DNA of 63,432 nucleotides, filler included, from Asterionella formosa (taxonomy: Eukaryota), in assembly GCA_002256025.1 (NCBI GenBank). It is 29 parts of 29 records of this genome, joined end to end, with 100 filler letters (N's around TTAATTAATTAA, not from the genome) between each part and the next. Parts side by side here need not be neighbours in the genome. Positions count along the whole stretch, not along the records: positions 48,920 to 49,944 come from NKIB01004885.1; positions 50,045 to 51,069 come from NKIB01004886.1; positions 51,170 to 52,194 come from NKIB01004887.1; positions 52,295 to 53,318 come from NKIB01004889.1; positions 53,419 to 54,442 come from NKIB01004890.1; positions 54,543 to 55,566 come from NKIB01004891.1; positions 55,667 to 56,690 come from NKIB01004892.1; positions 56,791 to 57,814 come from NKIB01004893.1; 21 more parts are not named here. The stretch is one strand, 5' to 3'. Below are positions 48,920 through 62,309 of the stretch, in pieces; the first letter of the stretch is position 1; every line of letters starts with the position of its first letter. The position numbers were made by a program, and so were the translations under genes. The notes under the pieces are model-generated. The model saw only the letters and a program-made list of their open reading frames with translations. It searched no databases and was not told the origin of the DNA.

Positions 48920-49944
48920 TCAGATATTTGGGCCATTGGAGTCATTTCATATCTGTTGTTGAGCGGCGAGACACCTTTTGGTGGTGTAGATGGAGAGAAT
49001 TTACGAGTTGTTCGAGACAACATTCTCAGAGCAAGTCTAGTCTTTAAACCAAAAGATATTTGGGAAAATGTTAGCGACTTGGCCAAAAGCTTTGTCCAGA
49101 AATGCTTGCAATCCGATACAAAATTGCGACCAACAGCCAAACGGGCCCAGCGAGATATGTGGATCCAGACATTCTCGAAGAAGGACGCTAATGGAGAAGT
49201 AGGGGAGACCCGGTTAAAGGCCAATGTTGTGAAGGCACTTGTCCAGTTCAAAGAATACTCCGATATGAGAAAACTTCTTTGTGAAGTCTTGTCCTACACA
49301 CTACAACCGGAGCAGATTGCTGACCTTCGTGACGAATTCGAAAAGTTGGATAATGGGAATGGCGAAATCTCGTTGGGAGATTTGAAATTTGTGTTGCTGG
49401 AGACTGCTGAAGCTGGGACGCTCGGGGCACTGACCGAAGCAGAAGTTGAGGGTATCTTTGATGCCTTGAGAGTCCGCAAGACTGAAACCAAGATCAGATG
49501 GCACGAGTTTATTGCTGCTGGCCTTTCGCAGTGCATAATCGATGAGCGCAACTTGACATTGGCTTTTGATCGTCTTGATACCGATAGCAAGGGATATATT
49601 TCCTTTGAAAATATCATGGAGATGCTTGGTGATTCTTGCGCCAATAAAGATGACCTACAGCACATGTGGAGAGACAGTATTCGACACGTTAATGGGCGAA
49701 TGGACAAAATCTCCTTGGACCAGTTCTTGCTTATCATGAAGGGTCAAGCGCTTTCTGATCCCACTGGATCCCACCGAAGATCGTCTATGGATTCGCATAT
49801 GAGTCCCGGAAAATCTCTCAGTTCTGTTCAGGAGGGAATGCCAAGTCCACAGGGAAAGATAGACGATGATGACATTCATCGATTTGTGCGCTTATCGTCC
49901 CCGGATTTCCCGAGTATACCCATGCTCGAGAACGGCACAAATGC
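48920..49944 (+). CDS. Calcium-dependent protein kinase (CDPK), internal fragment
   Basis: SDIWAIGVISYLLLSGETPFGG, RPTA, junction domain, EF-hands DNGNGEISLGDL and DTDSKGYISFEN. Confidence 0.92.
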
Positions 49945-50044
49945 NNNNNNNNNNNNNNNNNNNNNNNNNNNNNNNNNNNNNNNNNNNNTTAATTAATTAA
50001 NNNNNNNNNNNNNNNNNNNNNNNNNNNNNNNNNNNNNNNNNNNN

Positions 50045-51069
50045 GATATTGAATATTGTCTGTCAAGATGGGATGATTAAGGAAACATGTAAGCAGAGGT
50101 TCATCATCTAATTCAATTGAAAAAGTAGAAGTGGAAGTTGATGTTGGAGATTTCGGTCCAATATCAATATCATCCTCCACCAAAGACTCAAGCCTCGGGA
50201 GGCGAGAGATGGAATCTGCAATAGCATTGTCAGTCCCTTTCACATAATGAAAAGTAGGATGGTATTCTTCAATGTAAAGTCGCCATCGTAGAACACGTTG
50301 TGTATGTAATGTATTATAAATAAGATTTCGATGATCAGTGTGAACATGTAGAACTGCGCCCAATAACATAGAGCGAAATTCTTTGAAAGTTTCTACCACA
50401 GAAAGTAATTCTTTTTCAATAGTAGTATAATTCTTTTGAGCAGCAGATAATTTGCGAGAATAATAAGCAACTGGGAGATCATTTTGCATAATGACCGACC
50501 CTAATTGATAATCAGAGGCATCAGTAAAGATATGAAAAGGAAGATTATGGTCAGGATAATGCATGAGTGTATCTGCAACTAACAATGCCTTCATTTCTTC
50601 AAAAGCTTGTTGATGGATAGGTAACCAGACAAATGGACCAGTTCCAATTAAATCCGTGAATTTTCCGAGAACGTCAGAGCGTCGAAGAAACATGTCTCGA
50701 TGGTAGGTAATCGCACCGAGAAATGATTGAACTTGTTTAAGATTGGTAGTCGAAGACATATTAATTAATGCTCGGACCTTTTTAGACCAAGGTTTCAGTC
50801 CATTAGGAGTTAACCAATGGCCTAACCAATCTGTCTCTTGGACGGCCCATTCACACTTAGATGGATTAATTTTAAAACCATTTGTCTGTAAACGATTTAA
50901 AATAGTGTCCAATAAATGAAGGTGATCCGAAAAATTCATTGAAAAACAACCTTCATCATCATTATAAATGTCCATGTCATCTAAATCACCAAAAACCTTT
51001 TCCATGGTGGTTCCTTGGGCAATGTCAGATGATTGTTTTACCCCCATAGGGAGACGTAAATATTTATAT
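50045..51069 (-). mobile_element. Ty3/gypsy pol fragment (RT C-terminal part and RNase H)
   Basis: YLRLPMG, YNDD (degenerate YIDD), KCEW, WLGH, FTDASDYQLG, YYSRKL, NYTTIEKELL, TDHRNL, ADSISRL. Confidence 0.95.
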
Positions 51070-51169
51070 NNNNNNNNNNNNNNNNNNNNNNNNNNNNNNN
51101 NNNNNNNNNNNNNTTAATTAATTAANNNNNNNNNNNNNNNNNNNNNNNNNNNNNNNNNNNNNNNNNNNN

Positions 51170-52194
51170 AGTGAATGTGAACACTCGATTACATCCTCCA
51201 GGTCCTCCTCCAGCGAGTCAGCTAGTGGCTGCCAATAATTACTATTAGCCACGGTTACTTTGAGTTCCTTCTCCTCCATCACAATCCGCCGGTACAGTGA
51301 TTCCGGCCGTGGTGGGGCAATCCCCATCTCTGGGATTCTGGTAAGCCCAGGTAGGTCCGCAACAACTGGGAAGTGGTCCGAAATATCCCATGTGTCGAGG
51401 ACCCTGGCAGGGGGGACAGCCGCCACTGTGTCACCACAATATGTGATGAAATCAATGGCAGGTGTTGGCTGTCCCTCCCGCCGGCTTTGGCGAGTGGAGG
51501 CCCCCCCTTGGATGGGTAACACCCGAAAGGGAAGCCGCCACGGTCCCATCAGAATCTGCAACTCCGTCATCTTCATGTTGAAGTCCCCCATCATCACAAT
51601 GGGATCTTCTGGGAACTCCCGATGTAGAGCGTCCAAGGCTCGGGGCAGGGCCCTGAGCACTCGGATGCGATCCGCTCTGCATGGGACATAGATTGTTCCC
51701 ACAAGAATAGGCCTCAAGAGCGTGGCCCCATAGACTCTCGCAAAAGTCCAAAATGGTGTGGCCTTACCAACTGGGGTACAGTTGAATTTGGTCGACACCA
51801 GTATTGCCACACCTCGCTGCGACGCTGTCAGGTCCCCCATTGCTGTGAGGCAATGGTAACCTGGCAAACGAAGCTGCCAATCCGTTGATCGGAGCAGCGT
51901 CTCCTGCACCGCCATAACATCACACCGGGTTTGTTGCAACAGAAACCGAAGATCGGTTTTTTTCCGCTGCAGCCCGTTGATGTTAAGGGTGCCCACCACC
52001 AGTGGTGCCCCAAAGCCATCTGGTGGTATCGTGGGCGTTGGGGATCCGGGTGGGTTTATCTGAGCACCTGCGGCCGCAGGTGCCAAGCTTGGTCCCACCC
52101 TCTCCAAATACGGTATGTGGTGTCGGAAATACCACCCATACCGCGCCTTTCCAGGTTCCATCTTCCCCAAGAATGTAGCAACATAGGCGCTTGT
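51170..52194 (-). mobile_element. Non-LTR retrotransposon (LINE) APE endonuclease fragment
   Basis: GTLNINGL, DVMAVQET, RGVAIL, IYVP, MGDFN, IDFI, SDHFPV. Confidence 0.9.
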
Positions 52195-53112
52195 NNNNNN
52201 NNNNNNNNNNNNNNNNNNNNNNNNNNNNNNNNNNNNNNTTAATTAATTAANNNNNNNNNNNNNNNNNNNNNNNNNNNNNNNNNNNNNNNNNNNNGGTTTT
52301 TACTGTTGGCGTAGATTGTTTTCGAATTCTCTGGGACCATATTCTTTCTTGATTCATTCGATTCAATATGTAGTAGGTAATTTATACCGGGATTTTCTTT
52401 CCTAAAATATTTTCTCCAACAATACGGCAGGAGTACCGGTAATGAAGAATGTACCGGTATGTATTTACCTGTATGCGTAAAAATAAGGGCATGATGTGGA
52501 GAAAAAGGCGCTTCGCTCTGCTTCAATCGGCGAGTGTCATAATCATCACGCAGCTGTGATGCAGTGTGCCATATGTTTCTGTGCAGTACCACAGAATGAG
52601 ATGTCGTATGTACAACCTGATATCAGCTACCGGTACTACCTGGTACGTAACTATTATACGATACCTGGTAGTCTACCGGTATGTGTCCCGGTACCAGGTA
52701 CGAGGTAGATGGTACTACATGGAAGGTCTGGTTGCGCACGTTTCATGCACACCTTTTCAGGTTCGACACACTCCCGATGGTCTCATGTCTGCTGGTCAAG
52801 ATAGACTGGCTTTTCATTCCAGTCTCTCTTCAGCAACTTTCTTCAATGTTGAATTATCATTCATTAACTCCAAGTCGTGTTCTGATCTTCGAAATCATGT
52901 TCACCACCTATTCAGCAACTGGAAGACAGTCTTAATGGAATTCACCAATCAGTAACTTCTAGTTGTAGTCAGCAATTTCAAGTCATTGTCTAAAAACTCT
53001 TGCCTTTTTCAGCAAGCTCTCGTCGCTGTCAGCAAATTCTAATCATTGTCAGCATATTTCTAGTCATATCAGCAATCATAAACAAAAGAGTCATTTTGGA
53101 AATTTCAATGGA

Positions 53113-53199
53113 CTTTTAATTGACATTACATAAATAGAGAAGCAAACAAAATTTCTTTTTTAATTGACATTACATAAATAGAGAAGCAAACAAAATTTC
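53113..53199 (+). repeat. 44-bp tandem duplication
   Basis: TAATTGACATTACATAAATAGAGAAGCAAACAAAATTTC at 53117 and 53161. Confidence 0.9.
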
Positions 53200-54879
53200 G
53201 TTAGACCTACAGATTACCATGGTGTAGTAGCATGCTGCATACTGTAAAAGTGGCAAATCTGTTTGTAATTTTGTCATTTTGAATTGTGCATCATTTAAAA
53301 AAACTACCACATGAAGCANNNNNNNNNNNNNNNNNNNNNNNNNNNNNNNNNNNNNNNNNNNNTTAATTAATTAANNNNNNNNNNNNNNNNNNNNNNNNNN
53401 NNNNNNNNNNNNNNNNNNACTTGTCCTTGGAGGATCCTTGTCTACTGCCACTTGGGGCATAGAGGGGAAGCTATGCAACAAGCCTTCGAACGAGGCGGTA
53501 CTGGTAATATGTTGTGTTAGTTTGTCGGTGTCTGGCAATTTATATTTATACATATAATGGTTGTGCTCGTTGGTTCATTGTCATGAACAATGGAACAAAG
53601 GTTGCTTCCCAACCTATAGCAGCAAACTAATCTACACTTACTTTCTAAATTATGTATTTTCAAACTAGTTATTAGAATGAGCATGATAACTGTCTACCTA
53701 CCACTTTCACACTTATTAGGTAAAGGAGGGCAACCAGCAAAGTAGAGTCATTGTTATGTACATAACTTCTATATAAGTATGTTGTGGTGGCATGGGAGTG
53801 AGAAATTGCAAGGTGAGTACCGGTACTATGAAATTATGGAATTATGTCAGTGATGAGACAGTTGTTCATTTTGATCAAATCAATTAGCACCAAAAACCAG
53901 ATACAAATGAGGAAGGAGCAAGGATCAATTGCTGCAAGCTCATGTGGCCTTGTCAGTACCATTAGGATCAGGCAACTAGAACACTAGTCCCTATGTTCTC
54001 ATAGAACACACCCAAAAATTAACTCCTTATTTTATCAAAATGGAAATTTTTATAGCAAAATTAAAAAGCATTGATGCTAGGAGTCTCAATTATATACTAT
54101 AATTCCATTGCATTGCATGCTCCTGGATGATGCCTACTAATATATATAGACTTGACTACGGGTAAAGCAGAATATAAAATGGCATACCCGGTACAGTTTT
54201 AAGGACAGACCAATGTGCAGACGTAATGTACAGTACCTGGTATCAAGATCTGATATTTAGATCATGCGATAAGAAACCATTGATCCTACCGGTATGTGGA
54301 CATTTCGTACCGGGGGTAGGGGGTTATGATTGTTGATGATTTAGGTAATTCTTGATTGGCTGCTGGTGTCGTCATTTTAGTCTGATTGTTCAATCCGCTG
54401 AAAACCCGGAAGTTGTTAGATTGATGGTGATGTTCTTCAACANNNNNNNNNNNNNNNNNNNNNNNNNNNNNNNNNNNNNNNNNNNNTTAATTAATTAANN
54501 NNNNNNNNNNNNNNNNNNNNNNNNNNNNNNNNNNNNNNNNNNTATTGCGGTAGTACATCGATTCATTCAAGGAAAGAAGTTAATATCAGTGTAACTGCAG
54601 CATTTTGGGAGAAACGACAAGAAGAGTTTATGTGTCCTATCCTTGAGTCAAGTGGCCATAATCATCCATTTCATGACGACAGCGATGATTCAGTTTATAA
54701 CAATATTCAGTCATAGCAAGACGAACCATTAAGACTAAAAACTCTCCAAGGATTGAATGCAGAAACCATGCAATATTCAGATTTTCAAGATCACACCGGC
54801 TTTCTCCCTGAAAATGCAATGGAAATGCCCCTTCCTCCTCAATTTCAACTTCCAAGTAAACATTCTCTAAACATGCGCG

Positions 54880-55566
54880 CATCTAATCGAATTAGAACTC
54901 ATGTTATTCCTTAACAAGAATTACCTTCCACCAGTTTACTTTGATCATCTAATGAAATGGCTGTTCAAGGCAAAAGCAATGAAGTAAATGGTTAACAACT
55001 GTTGACCAAACAAATAAAGATTGATAACAATTCAAATATGATCATCCCACCCACACTCCATTATTTCGAACTAGTACAGCTCATGGCAGGATTACTACGT
55101 GATTCTGATATCATGCAAAATTTTGTATGTCACCCACAAGTGAAACTTACAACTTGTGGAGAACGCATATATGACAAAGTAACTTCCGCGACTTGGTTTG
55201 AAAATGCATCAGAAAATGGAGTGTTGAAGACAGGGTGTTTATTTGTTGCCCTAGCAGTTTTCAGTGATGGTTCACCTATTGATAAACAAATGAAACATTC
55301 CGAGCATCCCTTTTTGTTGACAATCTTAGACTAAACGTTAGAAGGAAGGAAAAACGTTGATGGATGGCAATTGGTATCTCTTTTGCCAGACATTGAAGTC
55401 AGTGATCTGGAGAAACAAATGAATAAAAAGTTATCTGGGGACGACTTGTCCTTATGTAGACTCAAGTTATACCATTCTGTTACAGGATTTCTATTGTCGC
55501 CTTTCGAAGATCCAAACAAGTCATGCGATATTTGGGTTCATGGTCTTGGTATGACAAAAGTTTATT
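54880..55566 (+). pseudogene. Decayed Plavaka/CMC-like DDE transposase
   Basis: ERIYDKVTSATWF, LAVFSDGSPID, SEHPFLLTI, RK...GWQLVSLLP, RLKLYH....LL.PF follow the Plavaka transposase motif order. In-frame stop at 55332-55334. Confidence 0.75.
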
Positions 55567-55666
55567 NNNNNNNNNNNNNNNNNNNNNNNNNNNNNNNNNN
55601 NNNNNNNNNNTTAATTAATTAANNNNNNNNNNNNNNNNNNNNNNNNNNNNNNNNNNNNNNNNNNNN

Positions 55667-55982
55667 AATGGTGCGTTCCTGTGTCAAGAAGCTTGCTTGT
55701 GATATTGATGATTTAGATCAATCAGAAGAAGGCTTACATCAACAAAAATGAAACATGAAGAACAGGTTCTCAAAGTCTGATGAATGGGATTGATACTAAG
55801 TTTTATTTTAAGCTTATATTATAATTAAGAAACAGTGAGAATTGACAGGCAGAGCTAGGTTAATAGCAAAAACTAGCATGAAGGCTAGCGGCAAAAGATA
55901 AGAGCGCTAGTACTACAACAGTTAAGACCTACATAAGGGGATAACCGTAAGAGGGAAAGGAGTATGTGACCTTGTTTTAACA
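55667..55982 (+). mobile_element. Partial LTR, same family as 17171-17547
   Basis: Colinear blocks GTCAAGAAGCTTGCT, TCAATCAGAAGAAGG, GTGAGAATTGACAG, GAAGGCTAGC; ends ...TTTTAACA. Confidence 0.8.
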
Positions 55983-56149
55983 TGTGTGGGCATATGTGTA
56001 TACCAATGCGGTACTTCATACCAGCAATATTGTAATATCAGGATCCCTCATTGATCCCCATCCTCATCAGTCTCCGCTACATATGTACCAGTAATAATAA
56101 GCAACTAGAAGAAAACACACAGCAAAATTTTGTTGCAAAAAACCGTTAG

Positions 56150-56560
56150 AATACTATACTAGTACTAGTTAAAAATTGGCTTCAAATTAGTGGAGAAATA
56201 TGAATTGGAATTTTGGTTACTCCTGCACCAGCCATCATTCCACAAGCAACGAAAATTGTACACATCCTGATGTCTCATTTGATCAATATACGTTCGTTCT
56301 GAGCATATAGACATTTGAGACGAAGGCATTGATCTCGTGTACATCGAATGCTATACTAGATAGAAATCGGCTTCAAATTGGTGGAGAAATATGCATGGAT
56401 TGGAACTTTGGTTGCTACATCACTGATCATCAGTCCACAACAAGCACCGAACATTTTACACATCTTGATGCCTCGTTTGATCAATTTACTTGAGTTCTAA
56501 GCATATATATATATTCGACATGAAGGCATTGTTTTTTGTGTACATCGATTACTATACTAA
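56150..56560 (+). repeat. Diverged tandem duplication of about 190-200 bp
   Basis: GGCTTCAAATT(A/G)GTGGAGAAATATG, TTTGATCAAT, GAAGGCATTG and GTGTACATCGA each occur twice in the same order. Confidence 0.8.
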
Positions 56561-56790
56561 TGGTTGTTACCTACTAGATGATCTCTTTACTTGTTTTTTG
56601 GATAGTCCTACTACTACAGCTATGATACTACTATCACCATGGAAAGTTTCAAGGACTACACTGCTTATGTTACATCTGTTGGGCAGACCTNNNNNNNNNN
56701 NNNNNNNNNNNNNNNNNNNNNNNNNNNNNNNNNNTTAATTAATTAANNNNNNNNNNNNNNNNNNNNNNNNNNNNNNNNNNNNNNNNNNNN

Positions 56791-56974
56791 AAAACATGGT
56801 TGTTGTGGTTGATTTGCTGCTAGAAGCAGTTGATTTCTGAACCAATCGCATTCCTTTTCCCATGAATCGAGAGGAGTGCGCCTTGCTTCCAAAGGCTGTT
56901 GCCTCTCTGAGCGAAAAGGCCACGATGTCTGGCATGCTCACCAATAACACCAATATTCTCAAAGTGATTTTCAT
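56791..56974 (-). CDS. 5' fragment of a plastid-targeted protein (bipartite presequence only)
   Basis: MKITLRILVLLVSMPDIVA followed by FS..., then a Ser/Thr/basic transit peptide ending TTTMF at the contig edge. Confidence 0.7.
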
Positions 56975-58448
56975 ATTGTTTCGTGCGTGTTTGTATCGTC
57001 TATTCGTGAATCCGTCAAGAACACAGTTGCTCTGTAGATCCTTTGGCCTGGTGATGGAAAGGTGGCAATCTAATTGATAGATCCGTATGATGTGTCGCTT
57101 CTTGATGATGATGCGATGTGAGCAAGAGCAACGGGGTTAATTAATATCTAAAATATGAAATATTGGTATTTACTAACACATTTATATATGTAACTTTTTG
57201 TAATATCAGTACGTCTATATACCAGTATATGGATGCATGTGTACCAATACTGTTCTACTGGTACCTGGTAATCGGCGTTGTTGCTTTGCCATGATATGTG
57301 ATACCTGGTGTACCATGCACAGCGTTATAATATATATGGAGAAGAAGCCATCAAGAAGCCACAGGCTGGATATAAAATCAAGCAAGCATCATCAATCAAA
57401 TGACTATGAATAAATCTCAATTCTGTGGTGCACCTACATAAAACGTCACGTAACTTCCCCTCCTGTCTGTCACCACACAGTTTGCCTTCAACATTGCCAG
57501 CTGGAATATCTATCGGTACAACAGCAACACCAAGGCAGGAGGAGGTTTTTTTAAAATAAGAGACTGCTTCAGTGCCTTTTGTGATCTCCTTCCCCCTGCC
57601 ACTAACACTACGTGGTGGTGGTTAAATTACCGGTATTTATTCACCTGTTTTTCTGGTACAGAGGACGTTCGTTCCGGTCACATACCCGGTACTTATTTCC
57701 AAATATATTGCATTTTATTTTCCTTTCTCATATTTATTTTATCATGAACAACATCTCATTCATGATTGCCCTGTCAAAGTCTCTGTACTAACTTAAGGCC
57801 CCTTCTTGTCTTCTNNNNNNNNNNNNNNNNNNNNNNNNNNNNNNNNNNNNNNNNNNNNTTAATTAATTAANNNNNNNNNNNNNNNNNNNNNNNNNNNNNN
57901 NNNNNNNNNNNNNNGAGAAGTCCAAGTTGATCCTCCGTACGGCCCTGAACAATGCAAATTAATAAATGCCTCAAAGAAGGATGCTAATATTGAAGCATCC
58001 TTGGAAAGAGTCAAGAGAATTGTTGCTGTGAGTTCTCAATAGAGGAGAAACTTGAAAAATAGATTTGATTCCCTTCTTTTGGTCGGTACATGAGAATTGG
58101 AGGCTTTTGTACAACAATAGGTACTTTAGTGGGTCTTCATCAATTGCTTTTCGTTTGTCTGAGACAAGCATGCGATTACAAGCAATTTGTAACTACCGTC
58201 CTCACTCACTCTTGGTGTTGGAGTAAGAGACTTGTGGAACATTACCTGTTGTGTTTGTTTCTCAAACATTTCATGCATTTAGACGTGGACAGTTACTCTA
58301 ATTTTTTCTTGTGGTTCACAATAAAACTAAACAAAAAAGGTATTGAAATGATTCTGGATAGGCTTCGCCTCGGGATTTAACATGCAGTAAAATTGAGGGA
58401 GGTTATTACTGACCCTACATCACTTATTTCAGTAGTCCGAGTTCTACA

Positions 58449-58938
58449 CTACACTCTTTCCAGATGTGGGCACCAGCACAACTTCAGTAATTTGGCATCC
58501 CACAGGTCCTTAATGTCTGATGAGCCTTGATTGTCAAGTTCTGAACCCAAATTAGGAGTTTTCGTACTTAGCACAACATTAAGATCAATAATAGTAACAG
58601 ACATGTTTGGAACATTTAATGGTTCAGCGTTGTCATTGTCTGAGGGAGATGGTATTGACTCTGGCACTAGAAACTTGACCAACGTGCGAATGCAGCCAGA
58701 ATGTGAAATTGCCAGAACGTTTAAAAGTGGGAAAATTGTTGTATTGATGTCCTTCACAGCATCTCGGACGATATCAAGGAGCCAATTCTGCAATCGACGC
58801 TCAACATCCTGTTCTGATTCCAATAACGGTGGTTCCTTGTTCAAGTCATTGTTAGGTCCATGTTGTTCATGAAAGATTCTGAGTGCATCAATATAGGAAG
58901 TTGCCTTTGGCAACCCTTCTCTTGCCCCCTTGGCCACT
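58449..58938 (-). CDS. Histidine phosphatase / phosphoglycerate-mutase family, 3' fragment; copy A
   Basis: KGAREG, ES..DV..R, LAISHSGCIR, VPNMSVTII. Confidence 0.8.
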
Positions 58939-59572
58939 NNNNNNNNNNNNNNNNNNNNNNNNNNNNNNNNNNNNNNNNNNNNTTAATTAATTAANNNNNN
59001 NNNNNNNNNNNNNNNNNNNNNNNNNNNNNNNNNNNNNNGAGAAGTCCAAGTTGATCCTCCGTACGGCCCTGAACAATGCAAATTAATAAATGCCTCAAAG
59101 AAGGATGCTAATATTGAAGCATCCTTGGAAAGAGTCAAGAGAATTGTTGCTGTGAGTTCTCAATAGAGGAGAAACTGAAAAAATAGATTTGATTCCCTTG
59201 TTTTGGTCGGTACATGAGAATTGGAGGCTTTTGTACAACAATAGGTACTTTAGTGGGTCTTCATCAATTGCTTTTCGTTTGTCTGAGACAAGCATGCGAT
59301 TACAAGCAATTTATAACTACCGTCCTCACTCACTCTTGGTGTTGGAGTAAGAGACTTGTGGAACATTACCTGTTGTGTTTGTTTCTCAAACATTTCATGC
59401 ATTTAGACGTGGACAGTTACTCTAATTTTTTCTTGTGGTTCACAATAAAACTAAACAAAAAAGGTATTGAAATGATTCTGGATAGGCTTCGCCTTTGGAT
59501 TTAACATGCAGTAAAATTGAGGGAGGTTATTACTGACCCTACATCACTTATTTCAGTAGTCCGAGTCCTACA

Positions 59573-60062
59573 CTACACTCCTTCCAGATGTGGGCACCAG
59601 CACAACTTCAGTAATTTGGCATCCCACGGGTCCTTAATGTCTGATGAGCCGTGATTGTCAAGTTCTGAACCCCAATTAGGAGTTTTCGTACTTAGCGCAA
59701 CATTAAGATCAATGATAGTAACAGACATGTTTGGAACATTTAATGGTTCAGCGTTGTCATTGTCTGGGGGAGATGGTAGTGACTCTGGCACTAGAGACTT
59801 GACCAACGTGCGAATGCACCCAGAATGTGAAATTGCCAGAACGTTTAAGAGTGGGAAAATAGGTGTATTGATGTCCTTCACAGCATCTCGGACGATATCA
59901 AGGAGCCAATTCTGCAATCGACGCACAACATCCTTTTCTGATTCCAATAACGGTGGTTCCTTGTTCAAGTCATTGTTAGGTCCATGTTGTTCATGAAAGA
60001 TTCTGAGTGCATCAATATAGGAAGTTGCCTTTGGCAACCCTTCTCTTGCCCCCTTGGCCACT
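59573..60062 (-). CDS. Histidine phosphatase / phosphoglycerate-mutase family, 3' fragment; copy B (allele or recent paralogue)
   Basis: Contig 59039-60062 has the same boundaries as 57915-58938 and is about 98% identical. Confidence 0.8.
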
Positions 60063-60162
60063 NNNNNNNNNNNNNNNNNNNNNNNNNNNNNNNNNNNNNN
60101 NNNNNNTTAATTAATTAANNNNNNNNNNNNNNNNNNNNNNNNNNNNNNNNNNNNNNNNNNNN

Positions 60163-60890
60163 CAGGTATGACGAAGAGCAAGATCGACCCTATGTTATTT
60201 ATGCACCGGAACAAGGATGGACAAATTGATGGTCTACTTGTTAATTACGTGGATGACGGTATTGTATGTGGGACTCCAAGTGCAGTGGAGTATATGAAAA
60301 ATGTTATCAAGGAAGATTTCAATATTACCGAGCAGGGTATTCTACAGAAACACCTAGGAGTGGAATATGTTTGGAAAGAGGACAAGTATGGTGAATACGT
60401 GAAGGAACAGATTCATATGAGATTGTCCGAACCAGTTCAGAGTGGAACGATGTTACAGCCTCTTGAGCGTGGCAATGGGGAGGATGTCAAGAATATTAGC
60501 CCGAGTCACAAGGATTGTGGACTCGATTGTAATCGAACGAGTCGAATATTGCATTGCCACGTCAATCAGCTGTCTAACGAGATCAGAGATTGAAGATTTC
60601 TATGGAAATGTTAAGTGGAAACTCGAAGAGAGTCTTAGAATGACTTTGCAGGAAGCAAAGATGCATGGAAAGGAAACATTTAGTTTAGCTTATAATTTAA
60701 TTTGAGATTTAGATTATCAACCGAGGAAACAGTGTGTTAATTGACAGGAAGGTCAATTAGTCTATCTAGCAGGAAGGCTAGAAGCAGAGACAAGAGAGAA
60801 AGTGAGTGGTACTAGGTAGTACTACGATCACGTAAGAGTCTACGTGAAGAGAGACCCAACCCGCGGGAAGGAGTACGGACCATTTCAACA
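60163..60890 (+). mobile_element. Internally deleted copia 3' end: RT remnant, pol C-terminus, PPT and 3' LTR (60485-60890)
   Basis: KSKIDPMLF...NYVDDG...KHLGVEY jumps to the pol end ...GEDVK. Purine tract ATGGGGAGGA (60475-60484), then TGTCAAGAAT...CATTTCAACA. Confidence 0.85.
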
Positions 60891-61287
60891 CCAGGGTACC
60901 TGGTTGGAGTACCAGGTACCAGTAAAAGGTACCTAAACGGTAGTCAAATTCCATGTTTCATAAAGACGCTCAGCTGATTGCCCGATACTACCGGTTTATT
61001 CGAAATCATCATGACCGACCAAAGCGGCCGTTGTACTCCTCCTCATTCAACATTCATTGTAGTTCAGCTTGAGAATGGCCAAGCAATACAAATTAAATGG
61101 AGATAGAAACTGCTGGGGGACAGCGCGAGAAAAGGAGCGATTGAAAGCCCGCTATGACATAAGGCAACGCGTTTTCAAACAAGTAGNNNNNNNNNNNNNN
61201 NNNNNNNNNNNNNNNNNNNNNNNNNNNNNNTTAATTAATTAANNNNNNNNNNNNNNNNNNNNNNNNNNNNNNNNNNNNNNNNNNNNC

Positions 61288-62309
61288 GGCTTATCTGCCG
61301 CAGTCGCTCAACTCAGATACCAGCTCAATAAAACCGGTATTACCTTTACTGTCGCAGCGAACCATTTAAACTCTGAGGTGTCACAAACGCCTGATTATCA
61401 GCTATCCAGACGAATTAACGCAACAAACACAACTGGCCGTCGTGGCAGACATCGTGGCGGAGGCCGCGGCGACGGTCGTGGCTTCCAGTGTCGCGGTGCC
61501 GGCCGCAGTCGTGGAGGTCGCGGCGGGCGCGGAACCACTCCACAGAAAACCACTAACTACTCAACAACAGAATGGGAAAAGCTTTCATATGAGGAGCGTG
61601 ATCGAGTCCGAAAGGAACGCGACAAGAAAGGAGAGCAAGGCGGATCGAATCGTACCTTTTCCGAGATGACAACAAAGCAACTTGCTTCCGCCATCATCAC
61701 TTCTATCAAGGCAGCAGCAGTTAGCGACTCCGGAACATGCGATGACGACAAGTCGGATACGCCGAAGAAGTCAAACACTGGCAATTCTTTTGGTGGGCGT
61801 GAAAGCGCAAAACGAAGCAAAAGCGATCGACTTGAGATAGTGGCATATCGTTCTTCGCATCGGAAGCTGCTCCCGTCTCACCAATTATCTATATCTGCAC
61901 TTACACAACTAACCCAGCGCACTGCGAAATGTTAACTTGACTCTCACGCTGACACCTGTGCTCTTGGCTGTAATTTTGTACCTCTTTACTTTACAGGACG
62001 TGCCTGCAATGTAATTCCATACAACGCAGCTGCTTACGAACCAGAACAAGACATCCCTATTGTTTGCGGAGCGACAGCATTTACTTGCCAACAAAGCGGA
62101 GAGACCTTCATTTTAATTATCAATGAGGGACTGTATTTTGGCGACAAGCTTGAACACAGCCTCCTCAACCCTAACCAATTGCGATTTTCCGGGGTGGTTG
62201 TCAATGGCAATCCATTCGATAAAGCGGCACCGCTGTCAATCTCGACAACGGAAATCGATATTCCGCTGCAGATCAGCGGAACAAACATCTTCTCAGAGAC
62301 TACCACTCC
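61288..62309 (+). mobile_element. CoDi Ty1/copia gag C-terminus (RGG-rich) and protease, with one in-frame stop
   Basis: AANHL, RGG tract, Y...EWEKLS, GNSFGG, then C*LDSHADT, DIPIVCGATA, INEGLYFG..LEHSLLNPNQLR. TAA at 61933-61935. Confidence 0.9.
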
